From assembly GCF_000090965.1 (NCBI RefSeq), contig NC_008513.1:210001-242000 (forward strand): a stretch of 32,000 bases of DNA. The letters are read 5' to 3'. Both the position numbers and the translations under genes were made by a program. The notes under the pieces were generated by a model that searched no databases, was not told the origin of the DNA, and saw only the letters and a program-made list of their open reading frames with translations. This document shows positions 10,986 through 19,677 of this stretch, piece after piece. Positions within the stretch are counted from its first letter, which is position 1. Every line of letters starts with the position of its first letter. This DNA comes from Candidatus Saccharimonadota bacterium. Lineage in GTDB: Bacteria; Pseudomonadota; Gammaproteobacteria; Enterobacterales; Enterobacteriaceae.

Positions 10986-11007
10986 AAGTGCCGGAATACC
11001 GGCGCTT
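10986..11007. terminator. GC-rich stem-loop between the convergent genes pfkA and tpiA, best read as a rho-independent terminator for the minus-strand tpiA transcript
   Basis: The sequence is AAGTGCCGG-AATA-CCGGCGCTT, a 9-bp stem with one G-U pair on the plus strand and a tetraloop. On the minus strand the stem is followed by ATATTTTTTTTT. It is a sharp G+C island in otherwise AT-only spacer, lying 23 nt after the pfkA stop and 120 nt after the tpiA stop. Confidence 0.55.
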
Positions 11008-11126
11008 AAATATAATTAAATTATTTGTAATAAATTAAATAAAAATTTTTAAATATATTTAATATTTTTAAAATTTTATTCATATTAATTTTATTAAATT
11101 TTAAAGAAAATATAAATTTTATAATT

Positions 11127-11891
11127 TTAAATATTTGTTATTTCTATAATTTTAGAAAATTCTTCTAATTGTAAAGATGCTCCACCTACTAAAAAACCAT
11201 CAATGTCTTTTTGATAAATTAGTTCTTTTGCATTATTTTTTGTAACAGATCCTCCATATTGAATAAAAAAATTTTCAATATTATGATTTGATTTACTTTT
11301 TACATAATTACGTATAAAATGTGCAATACATTGAACTTCTTTTGGTGCTGCTGAATTACCTGAACCAATCGACCAAATAGGTTCATATGCGATAATAGAA
11401 TTATCAAATGCATTAGAACCATACATATTAAATATAATATCAATTTGTTTTTTACATATATCTTTAGTTTTTTTATCAATTTTTTCTTTTTTTGTTTCTC
11501 CAATACATAATATAGGAACTAAATTTTCTTCTTTTAACATACAAAATTTTTTTGCAATTATTTCATTTGTTTCTTTATGATTTAATCGTCTTTCTGAATG
11601 ACCAATAATAACATATTTTATTCCAATATCTTTTAACATAATAGGAGAAATTTCTCCGGTAAATGGTCCAGAAAAATGAATATCAATATTTTGGGCGCCT
11701 AAAAAAAAATTTTTTTTATCAGAAGAAAACATATTTTGAATTAAATGAGAATATAAAACAGGCGGCGCAATAACAACAGTACATATTTTGTAATATTTAA
11801 TTAAAAATTGATTTAATTGTTTTAAAAAACTTTCAATTAATTTTTTACTTCCATTTAATTTCCAATTCCCTACAATTATTGGTTTTATCAT
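11127..11891 (-). CDS. tpiA: Triosephosphate isomerase
   Basis: 254 aa. Motifs seen are VGNWKLNG, IIGHSERR, AYEPIWSIGSG and YGGSV. An AGGTGA Shine-Dalgarno sequence lies 6 nt upstream of the ATG (rc of 11889-11891). Confidence 0.95.
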   Translation of the reverse strand: MIKPIIVGNWKLNGSKKLIESFLKQLNQFLIKYYKICTVVIAPPVLYSHLIQNMFSSDKKNFFLGAQNIDIHFSGPFTGEISPIMLKDIGIKYVIIGHSERRLNHKETNEIIAKKFCMLKEENLVPILCIGETKKEKIDKKTKDICKKQIDIIFNMYGSNAFDNSIIAYEPIWSIGSGNSAAPKEVQCIAHFIRNYVKSKSNHNIENFFIQYGGSVTKNNAKELIYQKDIDGFLVGGASLQLEEFSKIIEITNI

Positions 11892-11907
11892 TTATATCAC
11901 CTTTTTG

Positions 11908-11944
11908 AGCAATTATTGGAGTACAATATACTCTAATAATTGCT
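11908..11944 (-). promoter_or_regulatory. Long imperfect hairpin in the ihfB-tpiA spacer, ending just upstream of the tpiA Shine-Dalgarno
   Basis: Positions 11908-11923 (AGCAATTATTGGAGTA) pair with 11929-11944 (TACTCTAATAATTGCT). That is 16 bp with one non-Watson-Crick position (G-U in plus-sense RNA, C-A in minus-sense RNA) and a 5-nt loop. Its function is unknown. Confidence 0.3.
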
Positions 11945-11950
11945 GAATTA

Positions 11951-11977
11951 TAAAAATTTACCGAATAGTGATACTCG
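11951..11977 (-). terminator. Candidate ihfB terminator (small hairpin plus U-rich tail)
   Basis: In the minus-strand reading, CGAGTA-TCAC-TATTCG (11977 down to 11962) forms a 6-bp stem including one G-U pair. It is followed by GTAAATTTTTA and begins 22 nt after the ihfB TAG stop. The stem is short and weak. Confidence 0.3.
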
Positions 11978-11999
11978 TATATATTAAAAATTAATTATA

Positions 12000-12293
12000 C
12001 TAAATTTTTTTATATATATTATTTATTCGATCCCTTAATTGTTTTCCTGGTTTAAAATGTGGAACATATTTTTCTTTTAAATAAACTTTTTCACCTGTTT
12101 TTGGATTTCTTCCTATTCTAGCAAATCTATAATGCAAAGAAAAACTTCCAAAACCTCTAATTTCTATTCTATTACCTTTTTCTAACGATAATGACATATA
12201 TTCTAAAATATTTTTTACTACATATTCAATAATTTTTGCTGGAATATAAGTTTTTTTTTCAGTAATTCGTTCAAATAATTCTGATTTTATCAT
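12000..12293 (-). CDS. ihfB: Integration host factor beta subunit
   Basis: 97 aa. The stretch [48 protein letters not shown] is near-identical in pattern to E. coli IHF-beta. A GAGGGT Shine-Dalgarno is present. Confidence 0.93.
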   Translation of the reverse strand: MIKSELFERITEKKTYIPAKIIEYVVKNILEYMSLSLEKGNRIEIRGFGSFSLHYRFARIGRNPKTGEKVYLKEKYVPHFKPGKQLRDRINNIYKKI

Positions 12294-12341
12294 ATACCCT
12301 CTAAATAAAAATATTATAAAATATTGTAATATTTTAGTCTT

Positions 12342-14012
12342 TTAATTTTTAGCTTCTTCAAAAGCTTTCGTCATAATTGTATCAATATTATTGATATTTT
12401 CTATATTTTCAACTAATAATTTTTTTTTTATGTTTTTTAAATATATTTCATCTGTTACACATAAATAAACAATTCTATTTTTTTTATCAAATCCTGAAAT
12501 TTGTATTAATATTTCTTTTTTAACTAGTATTTTTGACATAAATTCTTTTTTGTAATTAGAACAAATATCGGTAATTTTTAAACATCCAAAAATTCCTTTT
12601 TGAATATTTATAGATATTGATTTTTCTTCAATTGATTGAATTTTTCCTAAAATAATAGTATTTTTTTGATTTTTTAAAATATATTGATGAAAAGGATCTT
12701 CTTGAAGTTGTTTAATTCCTAATGATATTCGTTCTCTTTCTGAATCTACTTGTAATACCATAGCTTCTATATCTTGACCTTTTTTATATTTTTTTACAGC
12801 TTTTTCTCCTTTTTTAAACCATGATAAATCAGACAAATGTACTAAACCATCAATTCCACCTTCTAATCCTATAAATATTCCAAAATCTGTAATTGATTTA
12901 ATTTTTCCAAAAACTTTAGTTCCTTTAACATTTTTTTCTGAAAATTCTTTCCAAGGATTTATTTTACATTGTTTAATTCCTAAAGAAATACGTCTTCTTT
13001 CTTCATCAATATTTAAAATTGAAACATATATTTGATCTCCTGAAGAAACAACTTTAGTTGGTTGAATATTTTTATTAGTCCAATCCATTTCAGAAACATG
13101 TACTAATCCTTCTATTCCTTCTTCTATTTCTACAAAACAACCATAGTCTGTTAAATTTGTTACACGACCTAAATACTTATTTCCTTCTGGATAACGTTTT
13201 GAAAGATTTATCCATGGATCTGTTCCTAACTGTTTTAAACCTAAAGATACACGAATTTTTTCTTCATCAAATTTTAATATTTTAACTTTAATTTTATCAC
13301 TAATATTTACTATTTCACTAGGATGTTTTACTCGCTTCCAAGCCATATCAGTGATATGTAATAATCCATCTACGCCTCCTAAATCAATAAAAGCACCATA
13401 ATCTGTTAAATTTTTTACTGTTCCTTCAACGATAGTATCTTCTTGTAAATTTTTTAATAATCTTTTTCTTTCAGCATTATTTTCTAATTCAATAACTGCT
13501 TTACGTGAAACAACAACATTGTTTCTTTTTTGGTCTAATTTTATAACTTTAAATTTTAGTTTTTTACCTTCTAAATGCTGGGTTTCTCTAATAGGACGGA
13601 TGTCCACTAGAGAACCGGGTAAAAAAGCTCTTATGTCATTTAATTCTACAGTAAAACCACCTTTTACCTTACCATTTATAATACCAGTTATATTTGTTAA
13701 TTTTTTATGAGCAGTTTCTAATTTTATCCATGATTCATGTCTTTTTGCTTTTTCACGTGATAAAATTGTTTCACCAAAACCATCTTCAATTGCATCTAAT
13801 GAAACGTCTACAATATCACCAATTTTTATTTCTACTTCTCCTTGAGAATTTTTAAATTGTTCTAATGGAATTGAAGATTCTGATTTTAATCCAGCATCTA
13901 CTAATACTATATCATTATTTATAGATATAATTTTCCCTTTAATAATAGATCCTGGACGTGTTTCTACTTTTTTTAATGATTCTTTAAATAATTCTTCAAA
14001 CGATGTTATCAT
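12342..14012 (-). CDS. rpsA: 30S ribosomal protein S1
   Basis: 556 aa with six S1-repeat units. The N-terminus [26 protein letters not shown] matches the E. coli S1 start. Repeated GxVxxxxxxGxFVxLxxGxxGLxHxS-type motifs occur throughout. Confidence 0.95.
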   Translation of the reverse strand: MITSFEELFKESLKKVETRPGSIIKGKIISINNDIVLVDAGLKSESSIPLEQFKNSQGEVEIKIGDIVDVSLDAIEDGFGETILSREKAKRHESWIKLETAHKKLTNITGIINGKVKGGFTVELNDIRAFLPGSLVDIRPIRETQHLEGKKLKFKVIKLDQKRNNVVVSRKAVIELENNAERKRLLKNLQEDTIVEGTVKNLTDYGAFIDLGGVDGLLHITDMAWKRVKHPSEIVNISDKIKVKILKFDEEKIRVSLGLKQLGTDPWINLSKRYPEGNKYLGRVTNLTDYGCFVEIEEGIEGLVHVSEMDWTNKNIQPTKVVSSGDQIYVSILNIDEERRRISLGIKQCKINPWKEFSEKNVKGTKVFGKIKSITDFGIFIGLEGGIDGLVHLSDLSWFKKGEKAVKKYKKGQDIEAMVLQVDSERERISLGIKQLQEDPFHQYILKNQKNTIILGKIQSIEEKSISINIQKGIFGCLKITDICSNYKKEFMSKILVKKEILIQISGFDKKNRIVYLCVTDEIYLKNIKKKLLVENIENINNIDTIMTKAFEEAKN

Positions 14013-14023
14013 ATTAAATAATC

Positions 14024-14044
14024 TATTGTAATAATATTACAATA
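14024..14044 (-). promoter_or_regulatory. Perfect 9-bp-arm palindrome/hairpin in the rpsA 5' leader
   Basis: TATTGTAAT (14024-14032), AAT, ATTACAATA (14036-14044). The arms are exact reverse complements. The hairpin ends 11 nt upstream of the rpsA ATG, and no Shine-Dalgarno-like purine run lies between them. Confidence 0.3.
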
Positions 14045-14087
14045 TTTAAATAATTTTTAAAATTATTTAAATAAAATGTAATATAAT

Positions 14088-14113
14088 AAAAAAACCATTT
14101 ATATTTTAAATGG
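14088..14113 (-). terminator. Candidate rho-independent terminator downstream of aroA and upstream of rpsA
   Basis: CCATTTA (14095-14101) and TAAATGG (14107-14113) form a 7-bp stem with a 5-nt loop. On the minus strand this is followed directly by T7 (A7 at 14088-14094 on the plus strand). It lies 139 nt after the aroA stop. Confidence 0.4.
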
Positions 14114-14251
14114 ACTGAATAATAATTTTTAAATTTTATTTTAAAAATAAAATTTTTTTAAAAAAATATAAGAACATTAATATATTTATTAGTAAACAAA
14201 TATTAAAATTTTTATAATTACAATATTAATTATTATTATTATTATAATGTA

Positions 14252-15559
14252 TTATATATTTTTATTTATATTAGAATAATGACAAATAGAATAAAAGTTT
14301 TTAAAAAATGATGGAAATGTTTTATTAACACATTTTGGATTTAGTAAAGTTACAGAAGTTCCAGACAGTGAAATTAAAGAAAAACACATAGCTATTCTAT
14401 GATCATTATAAGTATTTATTTTAGCATGTATAAAATTTTTTACTGGATAGACTTTTATATAATCTTTACCTGTAATTACTCGAGCTCCGATTTTTTTTAA
14501 TTCTGTACTCATAGCATATATTCGATCAGTTTCTTTAACTCTCCAATTATATATATTTTTAATATATACTTTTTTTTTAGAAAATACTCCAAGAATAGCT
14601 ATAGTCATAGCTGCATCAGGTATATGATTGCAATCTACTGTAATACCTAATAACTTATTTTTTTTACAAATAACTGAATTTTTTTTCCATTGAATTGATA
14701 CACCCATTTGTTTTAAAATTTTAATAAAATTTATGTCTCCTTGAATACTTTTTTTTTGTATTCCATTTATTTGAATTGATCCACCTTTTATTGCAGCCGC
14801 AGCTAAAAAATAAGTAGCAGAAGAAAGATCACTTTCAATATAATATTTTTTAGGAGAAATATATTTCTGGTTTCCTTTTATATAGAAATGTTTATAATCA
14901 TTTAAAATACTTACTGATATACCAAATTTTTCCATTAAATTTATTGTTAAATTAATATAAGGTTTAGATACTAATTGATTTTTTACTATAATTTCAGTAT
15001 CTAATTCTGCTAAAGGAGCGGCCATTAATAAAGAACTTAAAAATTGACTAGAAATAGATCCATCTATAAAAATTTTTCCACCTTTAAAACCACCTTTAAT
15101 ATATAATGGAGGAAATTTTTTTTTATTTTTATAAGTTATATTTGCTCCACCCTGACGTAAAGAGTCTACTAAATGATGAATAGGTCTTTCTTTCATTCTT
15201 TTTTCACCAGTAAGTATAATTTTATTTTTTTTTAATGATAAAATTGCTAATAGTGGACGCATAGCGGTACCAGCATTACCTAAAAATAATTTAATTTTAT
15301 TTTTTACAGAAAATGCATCAGATATTCCATAAATAGTACACTTAGATTTTTTTTTGTCTAATTTATAAAAAATACCTAATTTTAATAAAGCTTTTAACAT
15401 ATATTTAATATCATCACTATATAACAAATTTTTTAAAATTGTTTTTCCATTAGATAAAGCTGATAATAAAAGAACACGATTAGAAATACTTTTTGAACCT
15501 GGAATATTAATTTTTCCTTGAATATAATCTACTGGTTTTAAAGTTAAACTATCTTGCAT
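14252..15559 (-). CDS. aroA: 3-phosphoshikimate 1-carboxyvinyltransferase (EPSP synthase)
   Basis: 435 aa. Motifs seen are INIPGSKSISNR, LGNAGTAMRPL, SSQFLSSLLMAAP and NDHRIAM. Confidence 0.95.
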   Translation of the reverse strand: MQDSLTLKPVDYIQGKINIPGSKSISNRVLLLSALSNGKTILKNLLYSDDIKYMLKALLKLGIFYKLDKKKSKCTIYGISDAFSVKNKIKLFLGNAGTAMRPLLAILSLKKNKIILTGEKRMKERPIHHLVDSLRQGGANITYKNKKKFPPLYIKGGFKGGKIFIDGSISSQFLSSLLMAAPLAELDTEIIVKNQLVSKPYINLTINLMEKFGISVSILNDYKHFYIKGNQKYISPKKYYIESDLSSATYFLAAAAIKGGSIQINGIQKKSIQGDINFIKILKQMGVSIQWKKNSVICKKNKLLGITVDCNHIPDAAMTIAILGVFSKKKVYIKNIYNWRVKETDRIYAMSTELKKIGARVITGKDYIKVYPVKNFIHAKINTYNDHRIAMCFSLISLSGTSVTLLNPKCVNKTFPSFFKNFYSICHYSNINKNI

Positions 15560-15625
15560 TATTTAAATAATCCTATAAATAAAAATTTATAAAAATCAAA
15601 AATGTAGTTATTTTTTTACATAATT

Positions 15626-16714
15626 TTAACCAAATTTTTTTTCAAAATTTTTCATAAATTGAATAAGTTTTTTTACACCTTCTATCGGCATTGCGTTATA
15701 TATAGATGCTCTTAAGCCTCCAATTATTGAATGTCCTTTTAAACCATATAATCCAGATTTTTCAGATTCTTGAATAAAAAAATTAGTTAATTCATTCTTG
15801 TATAAATTAAATGTTACATTCATTCGTGATTGATTAGAAGGTAGAATACAGTTATAATAAAAATTTGTAGAGTTTAAATATTTATATAAAATTTTTGCTT
15901 TTTTTATATTTTTTTTCTCAATAACATTTAAACCACCTAAATTTTTTATCCATTTAAATACTAATCCTGAAACATACCATGAAAAAATACTAGGAGTATT
16001 TAACATAGATTTTGATTTAAATAATAATTGATAATCTAAAATAGATGGAATTTTTTTTTTACAAGATATTAATAAATCGTTTCGAATAATAATTATTGTA
16101 ATTCCTGCAGGACCAATATTTTTTTGTGCACATGCATAAATCATACCATATTTTTTTATATTGATTTTTCTAGATAAAATTGTAGAAGAAAAATCTCCTA
16201 TAATAATTTTGTTCAATAAAATTGGTTCTTCAAAAATTTCTATTCCTTCAATAGTTTCATTTGGACAATAATGCAAATATGTATGTTTTGATGTTATTTT
16301 CCAATTTATAGGTGATTCAATATATTTCTGTTTATTTTTTGTATATCTTTTTACATTAATAATATTTGGTTCACAATATTTTTTAGCTTCTTTAGCAGCA
16401 CATTTCGACCAATAACCACTATTGATATAGTCTGGTTTTTTAAATTTTTTAATTAAATTCATAGGTATAGCAGAAAATTGTCCTCTAGCACCTCCATGAG
16501 AAAATAAAATATTATAATTTTCTGGAATATGTAATAAATTACGTAAATCTTTTTCTACTTGAATGGTAAATTCAATAAAACTAGAACTACGATGACTAAT
16601 TTCAGTAATTGAAAATCCAGAATTATTCCAATTAAGAAAATTTTTCTTTATTTCTAATAAAACTTCTTTTGGCAGCATTGCTGGACCAGGATTAAAATTA
16701 TAAATTTTTGACAT
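15626..16714 (-). CDS. serC: Phosphoserine aminotransferase
   Basis: MSKIYNFNPGPAMLP matches the SerC N-terminus (E. coli MAQIFNFSSGPAMLP). The ORF-track start at 16726 is a TTG four codons upstream, and I prefer the ATG at 16712-16714. The protein also shows SHRSSSF and AQKNIGPAG, which includes the PLP-binding lysine. Confidence 0.92.
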   Translation of the reverse strand: MSKIYNFNPGPAMLPKEVLLEIKKNFLNWNNSGFSITEISHRSSSFIEFTIQVEKDLRNLLHIPENYNILFSHGGARGQFSAIPMNLIKKFKKPDYINSGYWSKCAAKEAKKYCEPNIINVKRYTKNKQKYIESPINWKITSKHTYLHYCPNETIEGIEIFEEPILLNKIIIGDFSSTILSRKINIKKYGMIYACAQKNIGPAGITIIIIRNDLLISCKKKIPSILDYQLLFKSKSMLNTPSIFSWYVSGLVFKWIKNLGGLNVIEKKNIKKAKILYKYLNSTNFYYNCILPSNQSRMNVTFNLYKNELTNFFIQESEKSGLYGLKGHSIIGGLRASIYNAMPIEGVKKLIQFMKNFEKKFG

Positions 16715-16808
16715 ATTAATTACCAATATTAATATTTATATATTAAATATGATTAATAATTCATCATATAAATAATATTATTTTTTAAAAAAATATTTAT
16801 AAATATTA

Positions 16809-18110
16809 TTATAAAAATTTCATTCCATTCATATATGGATTTCGTAATACTTTGGGTATTTTAACTGTTCCATTAGAACACTGAAAATTTTCTAAAATAG
16901 CTGCTAATGTTCTTCCTACTGCTAATCCAGAACCATTTAATGTATGTAAAAAAAAATTTTTATTTTTTTTCTTATCTTTATATTTAGCATTTATCCTTCT
17001 AGATTGAAAATCTCCAATCATGGAACATGATGATATTTCTCTATATAATTTTTGCGATGGTAACCATACTTCTAAATCATATGTTTTTTTAGATGAAAAA
17101 CCAAGTTCTCCTTCACATAATAACATTTTTCTATAAGGTAATTTTAATAGCTGTAAAATTTTTTCAGCATGATTAGTTAATTCTTCTAAAGTTTTTTCAG
17201 AATCTTTAGGATGAACAATTTGAACAATTTCTACTTTATCAAATTGATGATTTCGAATTAGACCTTGTGCATCTTTACCATAAGTATTAGGTTCTGCTCT
17301 AAAACAGGCACTTAATGCTGTAAACTTTAAGGGTAATTCATGAGATAATAATATTTTATTTTGTACTAAATTAATTAAAGATACTTCTGAAGTTGGTATT
17401 AAAAAAAAATTATCATAATTGTTTTTTTTATTTAAATGATGCATATTTTGTATATGAAATAGATCGTTTTTAAATTTTGGTAATTGTCCTGTTCCATACA
17501 TACATTTTTTTTTTACAATAAAAGGTACATAAATTTCTTTATATCCATGAATTTTAGTATGAATATTTAACATAAATTGACCTAATGCACGATGTAAATA
17601 TGCAATTGAACCTTTCATTATAGAAAATCCTGACCCAGAAATGTTTGATGAAACTTTCCAATCAAATCCTTGTAATTTATTTCCAATTTCTATATGATTC
17701 AGAATAGGAAAATTATATTTTTTTATTTTTCCCCATCGAAAAATTTCTTTATTGTTTTTTTCTTTATTACCTAAAGGTACATCATCATATGGTATATTAG
17801 GAATTAATATTAACATATTGTGTATTTTTTTTTTTATTTTTTCTAATTTTTTTTTTAATAAAAATATTTTATTTCTAGAATTAATTAATTTATTTTTCAA
17901 TAAATATGTATTAGTATAGATTTTTTTATAAAAAATCATATATTTAGATAATTTTTTATGTTCTGAAATTTTGATCTCAGTATTAATTTGTAAATTTTTA
18001 CGTATATAATCTAATTTTTTAAATTTTTTTATATTTAAGAAATAATTTTTTTTTTCTAGTTTTTTTTTAAAAAAAGAATAGTTATTTTTAATATCTTTGA
18101 AATTTAACAT
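16809..18110 (-). CDS. serS: Seryl-tRNA synthetase
   Basis: 433 aa with an N-terminal coiled-coil arm. It has class II motifs FRAEPNTYGKDAQGLIRNHQFDKVE and TLNGSGLAVGRTLAAILEN. Confidence 0.95.
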   Translation of the reverse strand: MLNFKDIKNNYSFFKKKLEKKNYFLNIKKFKKLDYIRKNLQINTEIKISEHKKLSKYMIFYKKIYTNTYLLKNKLINSRNKIFLLKKKLEKIKKKIHNMLILIPNIPYDDVPLGNKEKNNKEIFRWGKIKKYNFPILNHIEIGNKLQGFDWKVSSNISGSGFSIMKGSIAYLHRALGQFMLNIHTKIHGYKEIYVPFIVKKKCMYGTGQLPKFKNDLFHIQNMHHLNKKNNYDNFFLIPTSEVSLINLVQNKILLSHELPLKFTALSACFRAEPNTYGKDAQGLIRNHQFDKVEIVQIVHPKDSEKTLEELTNHAEKILQLLKLPYRKMLLCEGELGFSSKKTYDLEVWLPSQKLYREISSCSMIGDFQSRRINAKYKDKKKNKNFFLHTLNGSGLAVGRTLAAILENFQCSNGTVKIPKVLRNPYMNGMKFL

Positions 18111-18396
18111 AATTTTTTAATTTTTGAGTATATAAATTTTTAGAATATTAATATTTAATAAATAAATATTATAATATTAAAGATTTTTTTAATTTATTTT
18201 ATAAATAAAAATATTTATAAATTTAGAATATATTATTTAAATAATTTTAAAAAATTTTATAGAAAATTATTTATTTTTATAAATATTATTAATTAATTAT
18301 TTTATTGTTATAAAATAATAATACTAGTATTATACACATATCTTCTTTTTAAAGATATTAACTATTTTAAGATATCATGTAATCAAATGGAAAAAT

Positions 18397-19386
18397 ATGA
18401 TTAAAAAAACAAAAAAAAAAATTGTACAATTAATAATTATTGGATCTGGACCCGCAGGATATACAGCAGCAATTTATGCAGCGCGATCAAATATAAAAAC
18501 AATATTAATAACAGGACCTCAACCCGGAGGGCAATTAATACAAACTAATGAAATAGAAAATTGGCCTGGAAATTATAATAGTATTAGCGGAATAAAACTT
18601 ATGGAACGTATGTTATTACATGTAAAAAAATTTTCTATAAATATTATAGATGATATAATTCAATCAGTAAATTTTTCAAGAAGTTTTTTTGAAATAACTG
18701 GAAAAATAAATCAATATTTCAGTCAATCTATTATTATTGCAACAGGATCATATACAAAATTTTTAAATTTACCTAAAGAAAATTTATATATAGGAAAAGG
18801 TATTTCAACATGTGCTATATGTGATGGATTTTTTTATAAAAATCAAATAGTAGCTGTAGTTGGTGGTGGAAATTCAGCAATTGAAGAAGTAATTTATTTA
18901 TCTAATATTGTAAAAAAAATTTATCTAATTCATCGCCGTAATAAATTTAAAGCAGATAAAATTCTTATTGATCGATTATATAAAAAAATGAAAGAAAAAA
19001 ATATAATAATATATTTTGATTCTATTATAACTGAAATATTAGATTATAATAATAATATTAATGGAATAATAATACAATCGAAAATAGATAATACATTACT
19101 TAATTTAAAAATTACAGGATTATTTATAGCAATAGGTCATATACCAAATTCACAAATTTTTTCTAAATATATTGACATTAAAAATAATTATGTAAAAATT
19201 AATTACAAAAATACTAATATGAAGACACAAACAAATATTCCAGGAATATTTGCAGCTGGAGATGTTTCTGATAGTATATATCAACAAGCTATTACTGCAT
19301 CTGCTAGTGGATGTATGGCAGCAATAGATGCTGAAAAATATTTAAATAATATTTCAAAAAAAAAAACGCTCTTTAATATTAATTAA
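18397..19386 (+). CDS. trxB: Thioredoxin reductase
   Basis: 329 aa. It shows the FAD motif [15 protein letters not shown], the redox-active CAICDG, and the NADPH motifs GGGNSAIEE and HRRNKF. Confidence 0.95.
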   Translation: MIKKTKKKIVQLIIIGSGPAGYTAAIYAARSNIKTILITGPQPGGQLIQTNEIENWPGNYNSISGIKLMERMLLHVKKFSINIIDDIIQSVNFSRSFFEITGKINQYFSQSIIIATGSYTKFLNLPKENLYIGKGISTCAICDGFFYKNQIVAVVGGGNSAIEEVIYLSNIVKKIYLIHRRNKFKADKILIDRLYKKMKEKNIIIYFDSIITEILDYNNNINGIIIQSKIDNTLLNLKITGLFIAIGHIPNSQIFSKYIDIKNNYVKINYKNTNMKTQTNIPGIFAAGDVSDSIYQQAITASASGCMAAIDAEKYLNNISKKKTLFNIN

Positions 19387-19400
19387 AGGAAAGTATTTAT

Positions 19401-19616
19401 ATGAAAGAAAAAAATATAGAAATGCAAGGAACAGTAATCGATACTCTTCCTAATACAACATTTAAAGTAGAATTAGAAAATAAACATATTGTTATAGCGC
19501 ATATATCAGGAAAAATGAGAAAAAATTATATACGAATTTTAACAGGTGATAAAGTTACTTTAGAATTAACACCTTATGATTTGAGTAAAGGTCGAATAAT
19601 TTTTCGTAGTAGATAG
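19401..19616 (+). CDS. infA: Translation initiation factor IF-1
   Basis: 71 aa. The stretch [64 protein letters not shown] is typical of IF-1. An AAGGAAAG Shine-Dalgarno lies in the 14-nt gap after trxB. Confidence 0.95.
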   Translation: MKEKNIEMQGTVIDTLPNTTFKVELENKHIVIAHISGKMRKNYIRILTGDKVTLELTPYDLSKGRIIFRSR

Positions 19617-19677
19617 TATTTAAAATATTTTTAATATTAAATTAATAAATTTAAAATTAATTGAAATTAGGATTTTT

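Noticed and set aside
11300-11503. 67-aa minus-strand ORF overlapping tpiA in another frame
   Set aside because: It is an alternative frame nested within the conserved tpiA coding sequence. The peptide is low-complexity and Lys/Leu/Ile-rich, with no independent support.
13519-13710. 63-aa plus-strand ORF antisense to rpsA
   Set aside because: It lies inside the strongly conserved S1 gene and has no Shine-Dalgarno or recognisable motif. It is a chance open frame.
18330-18338. TTATACACA, matching the relaxed DnaA-box consensus TTATNCACA, in the serS/trxB spacer
   Set aside because: It is a single box. A rough composition-based estimate gives a few chance matches in a window this size. There is no cluster, no adjacent AT-rich 13-mer pattern distinguishable from the background, and no neighbouring origin-linked genes.
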